Of a DNA stretch of 64,000 bases, positions 1 through 11,844 are shown in pieces; the first letter of the stretch is position 1, and every line of letters starts with the position of its first letter. The stretch is taken from contig NC_057719.1 of the NCBI RefSeq assembly GCF_004010195.1, forward strand, positions 37,692,547 to 37,756,546, read 5' to 3'. A program made the translations under genes and the position numbers. Below the pieces are notes generated by a model, which saw only the letters and a list, made by a program, of their open reading frames with translations, ran no database searches and was not told where the DNA came from. This DNA is from Chiloscyllium plagiosum. Lineage: Eukaryota.

Positions 1-1095
1 ACTTTTCCATCTGTATAACAATCACCATCAAGATAAGATAGAGTTAAACAATGAAATATCATGCAATTTGCTACAGTCACTAATCATCTTAATTTATAAA
101 GTTTAATTCAAACTTTAACCACGTTATTCTACTTAGTTTATAAAGGCAGAAAAGTACCAACATTTCCTTAGGTTCTCATCATTGTTAGTAATTCAAAACA
201 TTGTTATAGCCCGATAATCACTGCACCACAAATACATTTGAGCACATTTGTGTGGAATACTGACCTTCTGCACACAAAAAACACATGAGGAAACAATGTG
301 ACCACAGCTCTCGCCTTACATTGCTCAGTGTGGTGAGGAATACCTGGACCATGCATTTCTGACTACATGTTTTTAAATTTCTCAAGGCATGTTTGGATAA
401 GCCAATTGGAATATTTTGCAAGAAATAATATTGTTTTTAATTTAAGCCATGACAAAAATAGCAGTGACTGAATTTTTTGCCATTTACAATCCACTGAATT
501 TCTATCTCTTAGAGTAATAAGTTGCTCATGGATTTGACTCAGTTTAAAAGGATTGAGTTAAACTCTATGATACCAACAAAACCATATCTAAGTTGCTTAA
601 GATTTCTTCGATTCACAACATGATTTTGCTTGCTGTCACATGCACATTAAACAGTTCACTAATTGGTGAATCCAGTAAAATATTTTTAATATTGTGTCCA
701 CGAGAAATGATCAATCTCACAGATACAATTTACTGTTACTAGATATTATACATTTCTTTCCCCCTTATCTGAGGTTGACTTCATCATGGAGATCTCATTT
801 GCAAAAAAAAACTGCACTTACAATGTTGCCAGAGATTACAACTTACATTGGAACTGCAAGTCAGATTCCAAAGTCAGGCTAAGAGATCAACTGGCCCCAC
901 CTTTTTAGCTCAGCATCTTTAGCATTCTAGTGAAGTGGGAACCTGAAAGCAATGTTCAAGGTGATACTAATGAGTAGCTAAATGCGTGAGCATGCTACGT
1001 ATCTTGAATGTTCTTCTCAGTTGTGACCTCCATGCTCAGACTCTTTATTCAAAAAGAAACATCAGCTCCTTTTAAAGTCTCCCTGGCTGTATTAT

Positions 1096-1415
1096 GGGCG
1101 GCACGGTAGCACAGTGGTTAGCACTGCTGCTTCACAGCGCCAGAGACCCGGGTTCAATTCCCGCCTCAGGCGACTCTCTGTGTGGAGTTTGCACATTCTC
1201 CCCGTGTCTGTGTGGGTTTCCTCCGGGTGCTCTGGTTTCCTCCCACAATCCAAAAATGTGCAGGGGTTAGGTGAATTGGCCATGCTAAATTGCCCGTAGT
1301 GTTAGGTGAAGGGGTAAATGTAGGAGAATGGGTCTGGGTGGGTTACGCTTCGGCGGGTCGGTGTGGACTTGTTGGGCCGAAGGGCCTGTTTCCACACTGT
1401 AAGTAATCTAATCTA
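1096..1415 (+). mobile_element. Full-length HE1-type tRNA-derived SINE
   Basis: tRNA-like head (TAGCACAGTGG ... GGTTCAATTCC), V-SINE core, CR1-like tail ending in (TAATC)n; CpGs retained, so probably young. Confidence 0.9.
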
Positions 1416-1944
1416 TTAGGGTGTTGGAAGCCATCATTCCACTCATTAAATTTTCATGTTAAGTCCTATGTTAGCTAAACTACTATTGCTACACCATTAA
1501 CATACTTGCATGTAAAGTAAAACAATTCTGTCTTGTCCTGAGTAATTAAATTATTATCCAATTGCCTGCTTAATTCCTGTCTCCATTATTTTGTCAAAGT
1601 GTGCACCTCTGACTTTTCTGCTGCTGTCACACAAAAACAGTTGGGCTTAGTGAAACCAGTCCTCAACTGATAATAATTATCAGTTTATTATCATCATTAA
1701 TAAAAAATCAAAGTTGAATCAATTCATTGCCTCCTGAATTTTCATGCTACTTTCTTTTCAATTTTTAAGTTCTTAATTTCCTAACAGTGTCATAATGGCT
1801 TTCACTTCTTTATACACATTATTATGAATAAATCAGATTCTCTCTGCTAGCACTGACTAGTGGACTATTTCATGAGATATTGGTCCCTATTGAGCTTGTC
1901 ATAACCTGTATCTATATTCAATGCAATAAATATGATAACAATAC

Positions 1945-2121
1945 CAAGCCATGTTTTCTGCTGGGTAAAAGTGAAACTTTGGCACTGTTGTTGAGAGTGG
2001 CAGATTGCAGCAGCCTCCTCTGTATTGTGGACAGACAGCAAACAACCCTGGTGGTTGTAAGATGGCCAACATTTGTAGTCCAAATTATCATGAATGCGAA
2101 ATCCTTCATATATCTTATAAT
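1945..2121 (-). CDS. PKDCC: PKDCC-like exon 6 (Cys-rich C-terminal domain)
   Basis: ttcag| (D)YKIYEGFRIHDNLDYKCWPSYNHQGCLLSVHNTEEAAAICHSQQQCQSFTFTQQKTWL(G) |gtatt. 177 nt. The terminal exon was not found and probably lies left of base 1. Confidence 0.92.
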
Positions 2122-2659
2122 CTGAAAGACAGTAACAGGAAAAGTGTTACACCTTCACATTTTTAATTTCACGCTTTGAAGTCACATTCCAGTTTGAAAT
2201 ACATAATTTTAGAATTGAAAATCTGAAATTACTTTGTTCTGTAATTCATTTAGGAGCTCCAAACACACAAATCATTGAATTGGGCCTACTTAATGAGCAT
2301 TTATAACAAAATAAAGCCTTTGAAAAAACCTGCATACCTCTCTTCTGAATTGAACCTATTTTTGTAGTGATTTATTCTGGAATTAATTCCACAACTTTGT
2401 GGTACAAAATCACAAATGCATAATGTATATGGGATGAAGCAAAATCATATGGGTTCCAATTTACTCAGTTGCTATACCACAAAGCATTCTCTGGACTCAA
2501 TGAAATATTACTCTTTCTCCACATTGGTAAATTTCAAACATAAAATGAATAACATATTTAATAGACAGGGACAAAGTACAGATATTAAAACAGCATTCCT
2601 CATAGCATGGCCACTACTCAGTCCTGATACGAATAACCCTATCTCCCGAGGTGCTGCAT

Positions 2660-3430
2660 TTTGGAAAAGCAAATCTTAGCATGACTTAATGGTAAGGTCA
2701 TAAGGGGTATTGCTGAACAAAGAGACCTAGGAGTGCAGGTTCATAGCTCCTTGAAATTAGAGTCTCAGGTAGATAGGAGAAGATGTTTGGCATGCTTTCC
2801 TTTATTGGTCAGAGTATTGAGTACAGGAGTTAAGAGGTCATATTGCAGCTGTTCAGAACATTGGTTAGGCCAGTTGTGGAATATGGCATGCAATTCTGGT
2901 CTCCTTCCTATCACAAGGATGTTGTGAAATTTGAAAGGGTTCAGAAAAGATTTACAAGCATGTTGCCAGGGTTGGAAGATTTGAACTAAAGGGAAAGGTT
3001 GAATAGGTTGTGGCTGTTTTCCCTGGAGCATCGGATGCTGAGGGGTGACGTTATAGAGGTTTATAAAATCATGAGGGGCATGGATAGGATAAATAGACAA
3101 AGTCTCTTCCCTAGGACGGGGGAGTCCAGAACTAGAGGTTATGGATTTAGGGTGCGAGGGGAAAGATATAAAAGAGACCTAAACAGCAACGTTTTCATGC
3201 AGAGGATGGTACATGTATGGAATGAGCTGCCAGAGGAAGTGGTGGAGACTAGTATAATTGCAACATTTAAAAGGCATCTGGATGGGTATATGAATAGGAA
3301 GGGTTTGGAAGGATATGGACCAGGTGCTGGCAGGTGGGACTAAATTGGGTTGGGATATCTGGTCGGCATGGACAAGTCGAACCAAAGGGTCTGTTTTCAT
3401 ATTGTACATCTCTATGACTCTATCTATGAT
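2660..3430 (+). mobile_element. CR1/HER1-type LINE, 5'-truncated 3' end
   Basis: ORF2 C-terminus LFSLEHRMLRGDVIEVYKIM...TRG; tail ctatgactctat. Confidence 0.9.
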
Positions 3431-3695
3431 TTCTTTCTGATGATACAAAAGTGTATTTGGCCCATTTATAATAATACAAGGTTACATCGGTTCCAATACA
3501 AAGAAACATGTGTTTTCTTTTCCATCTAAGTTTGTACAGGTTGATATGCTTATAGAAACTGTAATTGTACTGTTGATTCACATAACTGTGGCCAATCAGT
3601 TACATTAAGGATTTCTATCTGAAAAGTTCTTGTTGTCCCTACTGAAGGAATAATAAATTGAGGGAGAGGAAAGAACATTAAATTCACAGCAGTAC

Positions 3696-3803
3696 CTTCT
3701 AGCCAGGACTGAGAATGATTAATGCGGGGCAATCCAGATTTGTAAAGATACAATACTTCTTCAAAAGCTTCGAGTGTTTCATTAATCCCATATTGTAGGT
3801 CAC
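3696..3803 (-). CDS. PKDCC: PKDCC-like exon 5
   Basis: ctcag| (G)DLQYGINETLEAFEEVLYLYKSGLPRINHSQSWLE |gtact. 108 nt, phase 1 to 1; preceded by an 80-nt intron. Confidence 0.88.
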
Positions 3804-3883
3804 CTGAGGGTAATATAAATTACAATCAATAATTAGTATTGTGATTACACTGTGGAATTAATGCAAGATAAAGCAATAATTAC

Positions 3884-3963
3884 CTGTTGCATTCATAATT
3901 TTCCACAGGAGAGGTCTTAAGGTAGAGGGTGCACCATAAGGCAGCAAGTATGTTAAAAAAAAT
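3884..3963 (-). CDS. PKDCC: PKDCC-like exon 4
   Basis: aaaag| (R)FFLTYLLPYGAPSTLRPLLWKIMNAT(G) |gtaat. 80 nt, phase 2 to phase 1; missed by the ORF track. Confidence 0.92.
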
Positions 3964-4102
3964 CTTTTAAAAAAATGAAAAAACATTATTGGAGAAAATA
4001 CAGTCAAGGCAACATAATATTGAAAGATTATTAATACACAGGAATAATAGAAGTTAATTTAATCACATGTTTCAGCTGAAATAGCAATAAAATTGTCAGT
4101 GT

Positions 4103-4681
4103 TGTTATAGGCCAGGCATTTAAAACATTTCCCTTAAAACATTTCAAGAAGGTAACCCAGACCCTAATTTTCCAAGCAGGTGTGAGGTGGATATTCCAGG
4201 AGGGATGCAGCTGGTCAAACCACTCAGTTTTAAACAAAACAGAATTTACTTACAGACTACTGAATGAAACATAAGCAAAAGAAAACAGAATTTAGAGCAA
4301 CAATTATTTGAAAACCTGACACAATATCTGCCTGCAACTTAACAAAGAGCTGCTCTGATTTCCTGCAACATCCCAGAAACACATCCCCTTGGCAAAAAGG
4401 TAAATTCAAACACAGGTTCTTACAGGAGAGATGTCACAGAGAGAAGCAGCAATGGAATCTCCTTTCACTCTAGCAGCAGTTTCTCTAGGTTCCCAGCTAA
4501 AACTAAACCACACTAGAAAAACTCCTGTACTGGGAGAACAGGCCAATCTCTAAAACCCTTTTCCTCAATTGTTGCCTTCTGTTAGCCATAATTAAAGTGA
4601 CCTAATCCCAGACAAATTGGAACCTCGGCCCTTTCAACCCCACTCAAATAATAACCTTGTTAAAGGGGCAGCATCATCACA
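4103..4681. mobile_element. Solo LTR (579 bp)
   Basis: TG...CA termini with imperfect terminal inverted repeat TGTTAT/ATCACA and a 4-bp target-site duplication GTGT (4099-4102 and 4682-4685). Confidence 0.72.
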
Positions 4682-5395
4682 GTGTTCACTTTCATTTGTC
4701 CACTGAAGGTGACAACAATTTTTGGAGAATGCATATCCACACTAATGTGATCCAGAGATTCTGTCAGTGAGGCTGTTTCTCCAAAGAGTGCAGGATTGGG
4801 GCAGCACACTCTGCCTCCCACCACAAGGTAAAATCATTGGAAAAATCATTCAAATTGAGGAAAATGTTCAACCACACTGCTGATTTTATTGCAAAAACCC
4901 GGGAAAAATATGCAACATATTGAATGAGATGATACTAAATGGTCTACTACATCACAACTGCTCATAAGTCGCCTCGTTGACCTTGAGAAAGCGAGTTTTA
5001 TGTTCATGGAACATAACATTTCTCAATACTGATGGTTAAAATGTACATGTATTGAGCTAATTTTAAATGTTGTTTTGAATTTCCATCACAATCCGGTTGA
5101 GAGATTCAGTTTAACAGCCTGGTTTGCTGTTTGTGGTCATTTTCTTGCTGACACCACTGATGGACACTCCTGAACATCCCTACCAGCACCGCCAGATTTA
5201 AACTACCATCAGGAAAAGGGAAAACAAATTCCACAAGATTGTTAGACCTTCCACTGCCGTACTCAACATCCAAGTTGTTACGGAGACAGAAATGACCACT
5301 TATGTTCACCCACTATACTAAAATGACAAGAGTACTTCGAAAGTTAAGAATGTGAGAACTTTCAACATGATAGAGACAAAGCCCAGCTTTGATAC

Positions 5396-5667
5396 CTGAA
5401 CGCGTTGTAAAGATTTCTCTTTTCATTTATTTTATGGCATTTCCCATCTGCTGCACATCGCAGACTGAAACTCCTGGTGGGAAATTCAATGACACAGTCG
5501 CTGTCTGTTGTACAGGGAAGTTCTTCCGTGCTGACGTCGTCCAAATCCGTCACTTTAAGCTCTCCGTCCACAAGGACAAATTGACGCGGTTGGAAATCTA
5601 ACAGAAGCACCGATCCAAGTGGCGAGTGAGCTAAGTAATGGAGTAGCTTCATTAGGCTCAGGCAAAT
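5396..5667 (-). CDS. PKDCC: PKDCC-like exon 3 (catalytic loop and metal-binding motif)
   Basis: ttcag| [44 protein letters not shown]...[11 protein letters not shown] |gtatc. 272 nt, ends in phase 2. Confidence 0.96.
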
Positions 5668-6408
5668 CTGAAACATAGTGCAGACCAGGCCAGCATCAGG
5701 AATCGGCAAACATACAGGAATCAAGGTGACATCTGCCAAACAGCCCTTGGGCGCTCACTGGCATCTAAAAGTACAAACGTTACCTGCGTTTTTTTTCTGG
5801 AGAATCAGCAAATGTACTTTGGAGTTTGGTTTGATTTTTGATTTGCCTTGCTTTAATATTCTTATGAATTCTCTACTTGCCACATATATACGGTTCAGGG
5901 GTTCAGCTTACCTTCAGAATGGAACACGGAGCTAAGAAGAGCAGGCTAGTTACTGCCAAAACCCAGGCGTGCAGAATGGGCACTTTGGATCAGTTCCCGG
6001 CAGAATGTCATCTTCATTACGATGCAGTGAGAAATTCACGAGATATCGCAGGCGCATAGACTAAATGAGCGTTTCAACCATATGTTTTGGTTATGAAATT
6101 GCATGAACACCATTTTCTTCCTGAGTTTTGTCAGTGTGTTTGCCTGACTAAATAATAATTTATCTTCACCAACAGAGCTGAGTTTAGCAGGATATTTTGA
6201 AACTGTCAAATACGAATGTCTTGGAGGTCAGTTTTATTACCACGTTATCCTCATTAATGGTAGATTTAGAAATGATTTCTTTTTCTTTGCAACTTCTCTT
6301 TATGTCCCCCCCAGGGACATCTACTCCACAGAACTGACATATACTTAACACCACTCTTAACCGGTTTAATGCCCAGAAGGGATTGATAATTAGGCTTCCA
6401 TTTCTTAC

Positions 6409-6531
6409 CCTAAATCTCTCCTCCCAAGGAGTTTGCAAGAGTTGAATCATTTCCACTGGAGCTCCCTGTTCCACCACCGCGGTTATTACAGGTCCATCTT
6501 GCAAACTGCCGGAGTAGCATTGACCGTATAA
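6409..6531 (-). CDS. PKDCC: PKDCC-like exon 2
   Basis: tatag| LYGQCYSGSLQDGPVITAVVEQGAPVEMIQLLQTPWEERFR |gtaag. 123 nt; matches the PKDCC GAPVEMIQLLQ-W--RFR block. Confidence 0.95.
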
Positions 6532-6652
6532 CTATACGGGAAAAAGGCAACATCCTAAACACACAGTAAAGGACGAACAATCTAAGCAGTGTCAAAATCA
6601 TACAAAGAAATGATAAAATTGCTTGTCCATACATATTCTGTTCAGCAAACAC

Positions 6653-6822
6653 AAAAGTTCCATGTTTGTAAAAGTTTAATGTATATAAAAGTCCTGTGTA
6701 TATAAAAGTTCCATGTATGTAAATGTTCCATGCATGTAAAAGTTCCATGTATGTAAATGTTCCATGTATATAAAAGTTCCATGTATGTAAATGTTCCATG
6801 TATATAAAAGTTCCATGTATGT
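6653..6822. repeat. 17-bp minisatellite, 10 units (AAAAGTTCCATGTATGT consensus)
   Basis: Ten consecutive 17-mers read directly from the sequence. Confidence 0.95.
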
Positions 6823-6937
6823 AAAGCCTTTAAATATTGCAGACAACAATCCCAATGATTTTACAGAAGCGCAAATAGAGAAGAAATATAGAGCGAACCA
6901 AAAGTGATGTTAGACCAACAGTTTATTTAAAGATGGA

Positions 6938-7630
6938 GATAGAGTCATAGAAATGTACAGCAGGGAAACGGGCCCTTCTGTCCAACTCACCGTAACAACT
7001 AGGAGCAGCAGTCGGCCATCCAGCCCTTCCAGCCTGCTCTGCCATTCAATAAGATCATGAATGATCTTTTCGTGGCCTCACATTCACTTACCCGTCCTCT
7101 CACCTTATCTCTTGATTCCCTTATTGTTCAAAGAATATCTACCTTAGCTTTAAAAATGTTTACTGAAAGTGGCGCCAACTACTTCCCTCGGCAAGGAATT
7201 CCATAGCTTCCCAATCCTCTGGGTGAAGAAGTTCCTTCTCAATTCCGTCCTAAACCTGATCTAATCTAATCTAATCTGTAAATAATCTAACCTAATCTCT
7301 AATCTTCAAGTTATACCCTGTTGTTGTAGTTTCACCTGCTAGTGGAAACATCCTCTCTACTTCTATCTTATCTGTTCTTTTCATAATTTTATATGTTTCT
7401 ATAAGATCCCTCTCAATCTTCTGAATTCCAATTAAAATAATCCCAGTTTACTCAGTCTCCCCTCATAAACCAAATCCCTCAACTCCAGAACCAACCCAAT
7501 GAACCACCTGTGCACCCCTCCAGTGCCACTATATATTTACTCAAATAAGAGGATCAAAACTGCACACGGACCAAAAGTGACCAAACCTCCTCCATACCGA
7601 CCAGATGCCTTAAAATTAATCTAGTCCCAA
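6938..7630 (-). mobile_element. Nested CR1 3' fragments
   Basis: A CR1 tail (6938-6990, resuming near 7590-7630) is split by a second CR1-family 3' end (about 6995-7575), which itself holds a (TAATC)n patch at about 7255-7305. Confidence 0.7.
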
Positions 7631-8574
7631 GATATTAAGAAGCGTCATAAAGGAAAAGAGAGGTGGAGAGATTAGACTGTACAGAGCTTAAACACAGGAA
7701 TCTAGAGGGTTTCCTTTGGATGATTTCTGTCAAATAATAATGTCAGCAAATTAGATGGTGCAAAACCTTGTGGAGTTTTAAGCATGTAGATTGCGCCCAC
7801 TTTCTGCTGAAGGATCTAACATCCTTGCTATTACTTCAGCACCTGCCTTCTGACAAGGTTGACCACACCCCAGGTCGCAAAGGTGTCTTTCTGCCTAATG
7901 AAGAGATTCTTGAGATTGCGTCAGATCCTCAAGGCCTTGGGGTCAGCGCTCACAGTAACCCAACGTCAATCAAATCAATATCATGCCATTGGCACTACTT
8001 AATTCCAACAACCACTGAGATTACCGTGAAGGCTTTCCGTCTGAACCTTCTCGTGCGCCCGCTTAACATGTCCGTAAACCATTGGGCTCACATTGAATCT
8101 TCCTCAGTTTCTATTCCAGCCTAGCTTTGTAACATCAGTCAATTTGGATACATTTCACTCGGTCTTCTCATCTATGGCATTGATATAGATTGTAAATAGC
8201 CAAGGGTGAAGCACTGATCCTCGCATTACTTCAATACAGCCTGCCAACCCAAAAATGACCTGCATATCCCTAAGCCCTGTTTTCTCTTTGTTAACACATC
8301 TTCAATCAATACTAATATGTTACCTCAAATACAGAAGTTCTAATTTTGTTAGAATAATCTCTTCGGTTACGATTTAGCTAATGCTTTTTGAATTTCCAAT
8401 TACATCTAATCATTCCATCTCATCTATCCCATTGTTAAATCAAAAATTCTAATTGATTTATGAAACATGATTTGCACATCATATCGGCTTTGTCTACACA
8501 CGTAAAGATTTTTAAAGTACCACATCCTTAATAAACTAACATTTTTATGGTCACCTTTACATTCCTGGAACACA

Positions 8575-8735
8575 CTAAAACAGAACGCGCTGGAAAAACT
8601 CAGGGAAGAGAAACAGAACTAACGTTCCGAAGTTCTGAAGAAGAGTAACTGGACTCGAAACATTAACTCCATTTTTTTCCCACAGATGCTACCAGGCCTG
8701 CTGAGTTTCTCCAGCAATTCCTCTTTTTATTCGTC
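8575..8735 (+). mobile_element. Short Penelope-type element with a hammerhead-like core
   Basis: agtt-CTGAAGA-A-GAGT-aactgg-ACTC-GAAA-C-ATT-aact at 8631-8668, with partially inverted flanks. Confidence 0.65.
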
Positions 8736-8950
8736 TCCAAAAAAGTTCTACTCGTTCTGAAATTCTGACACGCTTGTAAGTTCCCCTCTGATCCCCCACC
8801 GCCCTGGCGTCGCAATTTATCGCCATTCCTTAGTTGTCACGAAGTCAAAATCCTGAGACCATCCCACCAACCTCCCAAAAAGCATTGTGAGTGTCCATAC
8901 ACCACTACTGCAGGGCTTCAATAAGGCAGCTCGCACTATCTTCACTGAAG

Positions 8951-9275
8951 TAGACAATAGACAATACATGCAGGAGTAGGCCATTCAGCCCTTCGAGCCT
9001 GCACCGCCATTCAATATGATCATGGCTGATCATTCCTAATCAGTATCCTGTTCCTGCCTTATCTCCATAACCCTTATTCCACTATCTTTGAAAGCTCTAT
9101 CCAACTCTTTCGTAAATGAATCCAGAGACTGGGCCTCCACTGCCCTCTGGGGCAGAGCATTCCACACAGCCACCACTCTCTGTGTGAAGAAGTTTCTCCT
9201 CATCTCTGTCCTAAATGGTCTACCCCGTATTTTTAAGCTGTGTCCTCTGGTTCGGCACTCACCCATCAGCGGAAA
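8951..9275 (-). mobile_element. CR1 LINE 3' end
   Basis: Encodes TRGHSLKIRGRPFRTEMRRNFFTQRVVAVWNALP, followed by a repeat tail. Confidence 0.9.
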
Positions 9276-9751
9276 ATGGGGCAGAAAATGCTGGACTAGC
9301 GAGCCATGTCCATGAATGAATAGCACACAGTCAGTCTTTATTGTACCAAATTCCTGGCTGTGCTTTTGTCCCTGTATTTTAGAAGTTGCAACTTAATTGT
9401 TTGCCGTTAGAGCCACCCGTTTAGTGACTGAAGAGTGAAATTCTGTTTCCGTCAGTTTTATCAGTTTTGTTTTCTGCGAGGGAAACCTGTGAATAAAATC
9501 TCATTAGTCGTTGCAGAAAGTTTAACTGATACAATGCAGGCACGCGAAGGCAGACGAGCAATAATAGATGTTCTGTAACTCACAACGCATTCCTCGCTGA
9601 ATAGAGCGTGTCAGGAACTAACTAATGAATGATGCGAGTACAGTTAATATGAGAGTTAAATACACAATTCCAATCAACATTTACAATCATTCATTTGCCA
9701 TGTGCCTCACTGTTTTGATTCAGTTTAAATATCACAAGGGCTGGACTGGAA

Positions 9752-9890
9752 ATAAAAACTGAAAGAATTGTGGACGCTGGAAATCAGGAACAAAAACTGC
9801 TTAAAAAAAAAAGCTCAGCAGGTCTGGCAGCATCTATAGAGAGAAATCAGTGTCAACGTTTCGGGTCCAGTGACCCTTCCTCAAAACAGT
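9752..9890 (-). mobile_element. Short Penelope-type element with a hammerhead-like core
   Basis: Minus strand reads TTGAGGA-A-GGGTC-actg-GACCC-GAAA-C-GTT (9884-9855). Confidence 0.65.
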
Positions 9891-10035
9891 CAGAGAATTG
9901 TAAGTAAATTCATTAAGTGAATGAAGTCTTTTTGAATGTTCTCAGGCGCGCTGAAAACATTTACGTAACGCGCGAATGTTGTCTAAGTATTAGTTCTTTC
10001 TCTGTACGACAATGTTCAGGAACAGCCCGGATTAC

Positions 10036-10608
10036 CTGGATGATATTCGGATGTTGGAGCTTCTGGAGAAGAATCATTTCCTTGATGATTTTATAAGCTG
10101 CCAGTCTGAAGCAGCCTGTTTGCTGTCCATACCGCCGGAGACAGCGCTTCACTTCATCACCCTGACTGTTCACCGTTTTCAGGGCGACGGCAGTGCCGTC
10201 CTGCAGCGTCCCTTTCACCACGCTCTTAGTATAACCAGAGCCCAGGAATTCAATTCCCGTGATATTCCTGAAGTCATTGCAGCCCACAGTCCCTTTGGAG
10301 AGATTCCCAACAGCTCTCCGCGTTTTCTTATTGAAGCCAGCCTCAGCTCTTCCCAGCGAGGATTCCTGAAAGTGGGAGGAGGGTTCGGGGAGAGATTCCC
10401 AGTGAACATCTTGATAACGAATGATTTCATCCACCCTGCCTCGGAGTGCGTTCGCCAGCTCCCGCTGGCGGGAGGGACGAAGCGACTCCTGCTCGTCAGA
10501 AAGCGCAGCACCCTTTCGCCAGCGGGAGCGACCGGGGGCTTTCAGGGTCAGCAACGCCAGAGTGAGAAGGAGAAATGCAGAAACAGACACGGAGGAAAGC
10601 TTCCCCAT
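10036..10608 (-). CDS. PKDCC: PKDCC/VLK-family secreted tyrosine kinase, coding exon 1 (signal peptide/anchor plus kinase N-lobe)
   Basis: ATG at 10608. Hydrophobic N-terminus (SAFLLLTLALLTL), Gly loop FLGSGYTKSV, VALK lysine and LQHPNIIQ, followed by a CAG|GTAATC donor. 573 nt, phase 0. May be a paralog rather than the 1:1 ortholog. Confidence 0.93.
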
Positions 10609-11844
10609 CCGGACTGTCCCTTGTCCCGGCCTCGCTGCCGAAATGTATTCGCTTGTTAGCGCCTGTCACAGAAAACCCAACTAGGAAAGCAGCTATTTCC
10701 AACAACATCCCGGAGGTGTGTCTCTCTCTCCCTGCTCCTCCCATCCAACAGTGCAGACACATCCTCCCCAGTGTGCGCAGCCCCTTCCACTGGTATATCA
10801 CTGGCAGGTTTCACTTCTTGTAGTATCATGGTTAGACTATTGAGGGAACGGTGGCTGTGGACATTTAATATGCTATTTCGAATCCTTAATTGCTTTACTC
10901 TTGTAACTGCATGTGTAGATCGTGAAAAATACAAGTAAAATCGCCCTACCTCGCTATTTCCCCCTTAATCTTTTCAAAACCAGTCTTTCCATCCAAATCT
11001 TTGGTCACATACCATTAGCTCTTTTCCACGCTGCTCAGCACTCCTTCCTTTTAGCCATCTGATATGCTGAAAGGCACGAACGGTTCAGATGGAGAAGCTA
11101 ACTCTGAAAGGCTGAAACATATAGGAGCGAAAATAGCACCAGGGGCAACCATTTGGTCCATGCATTTTTTAAAAAAAGTGTGTTCATGGAAGATGGATGT
11201 TGCCAGCAAAGTTATCACTGCCCAACCCTAAAGATAGAGTAGAATAGTAATGGTATTGAACTGGACTGATCAAATAGCTGGACTATTGATGGAGAGACAT
11301 TACCCATAAGGAATAGGAACAGTAGTAGGCCATTCGGCCCCTGGAACCTCTGCCGTTCGAAAGAATGATGGCTGATCACATTCACTTTCTTGAGTTCTCC
11401 CTGTAACCCTTGATTCCCGTTTGGATCAAGACCCTATCTCAGCTTTTATTATACACAAGGCCTCTGCTTTACAGTTGTCTGTGACGAGGAGCGGCAAAGA
11501 CTCATGGCCCTCTGAAGAAATGTCTTCACATCTCAGCTTTAAATAGACGCTCCTTTATTCTGAGGACATGCACATCATCACATCTCGGGATCTAAATTCA
11601 AATAATTAAATGAATATGAAATAAAAGCCTTATAACAATAACGATAACTATGAAAATATAGAGTTGTCACATTAAAAAAGCGTGAAAACAATGTCTGATT
11701 TATGAATGACCTCTCGAGCAGAAAACCTGCTGTCCTTACACAGTCTGACCTTTATGTAATTTCAGATGCACACACAAACATGGTTGATACTTACCTGCCC
11801 TCTGAAATGGGTAAGCAGGAGAATCAGTTACATACAGTACATAC

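Noticed and set aside
1096..1175. tRNA-like sequence
   Set aside because: Head of a SINE; it continues into the SINE body and lacks a proper cloverleaf.
1600..1670. Candidate final kinase exon (LRTGFTK on the minus strand)
   Set aside because: No phase-1 acceptor gives this frame, and similarity to the expected C-terminus is weak.
6410..6799. 129-aa ORF with repeating HGTF motifs
   Set aside because: Translation of the 17-bp minisatellite running into exon 2 out of frame.
6653..6822. Possible CRISPR-like array
   Set aside because: Contiguous tandem units with no unique spacers, in a eukaryotic intron.
10012..10659. 215-aa plus-strand ORF
   Set aside because: Antisense shadow of kinase exon 1; no recognisable motifs.
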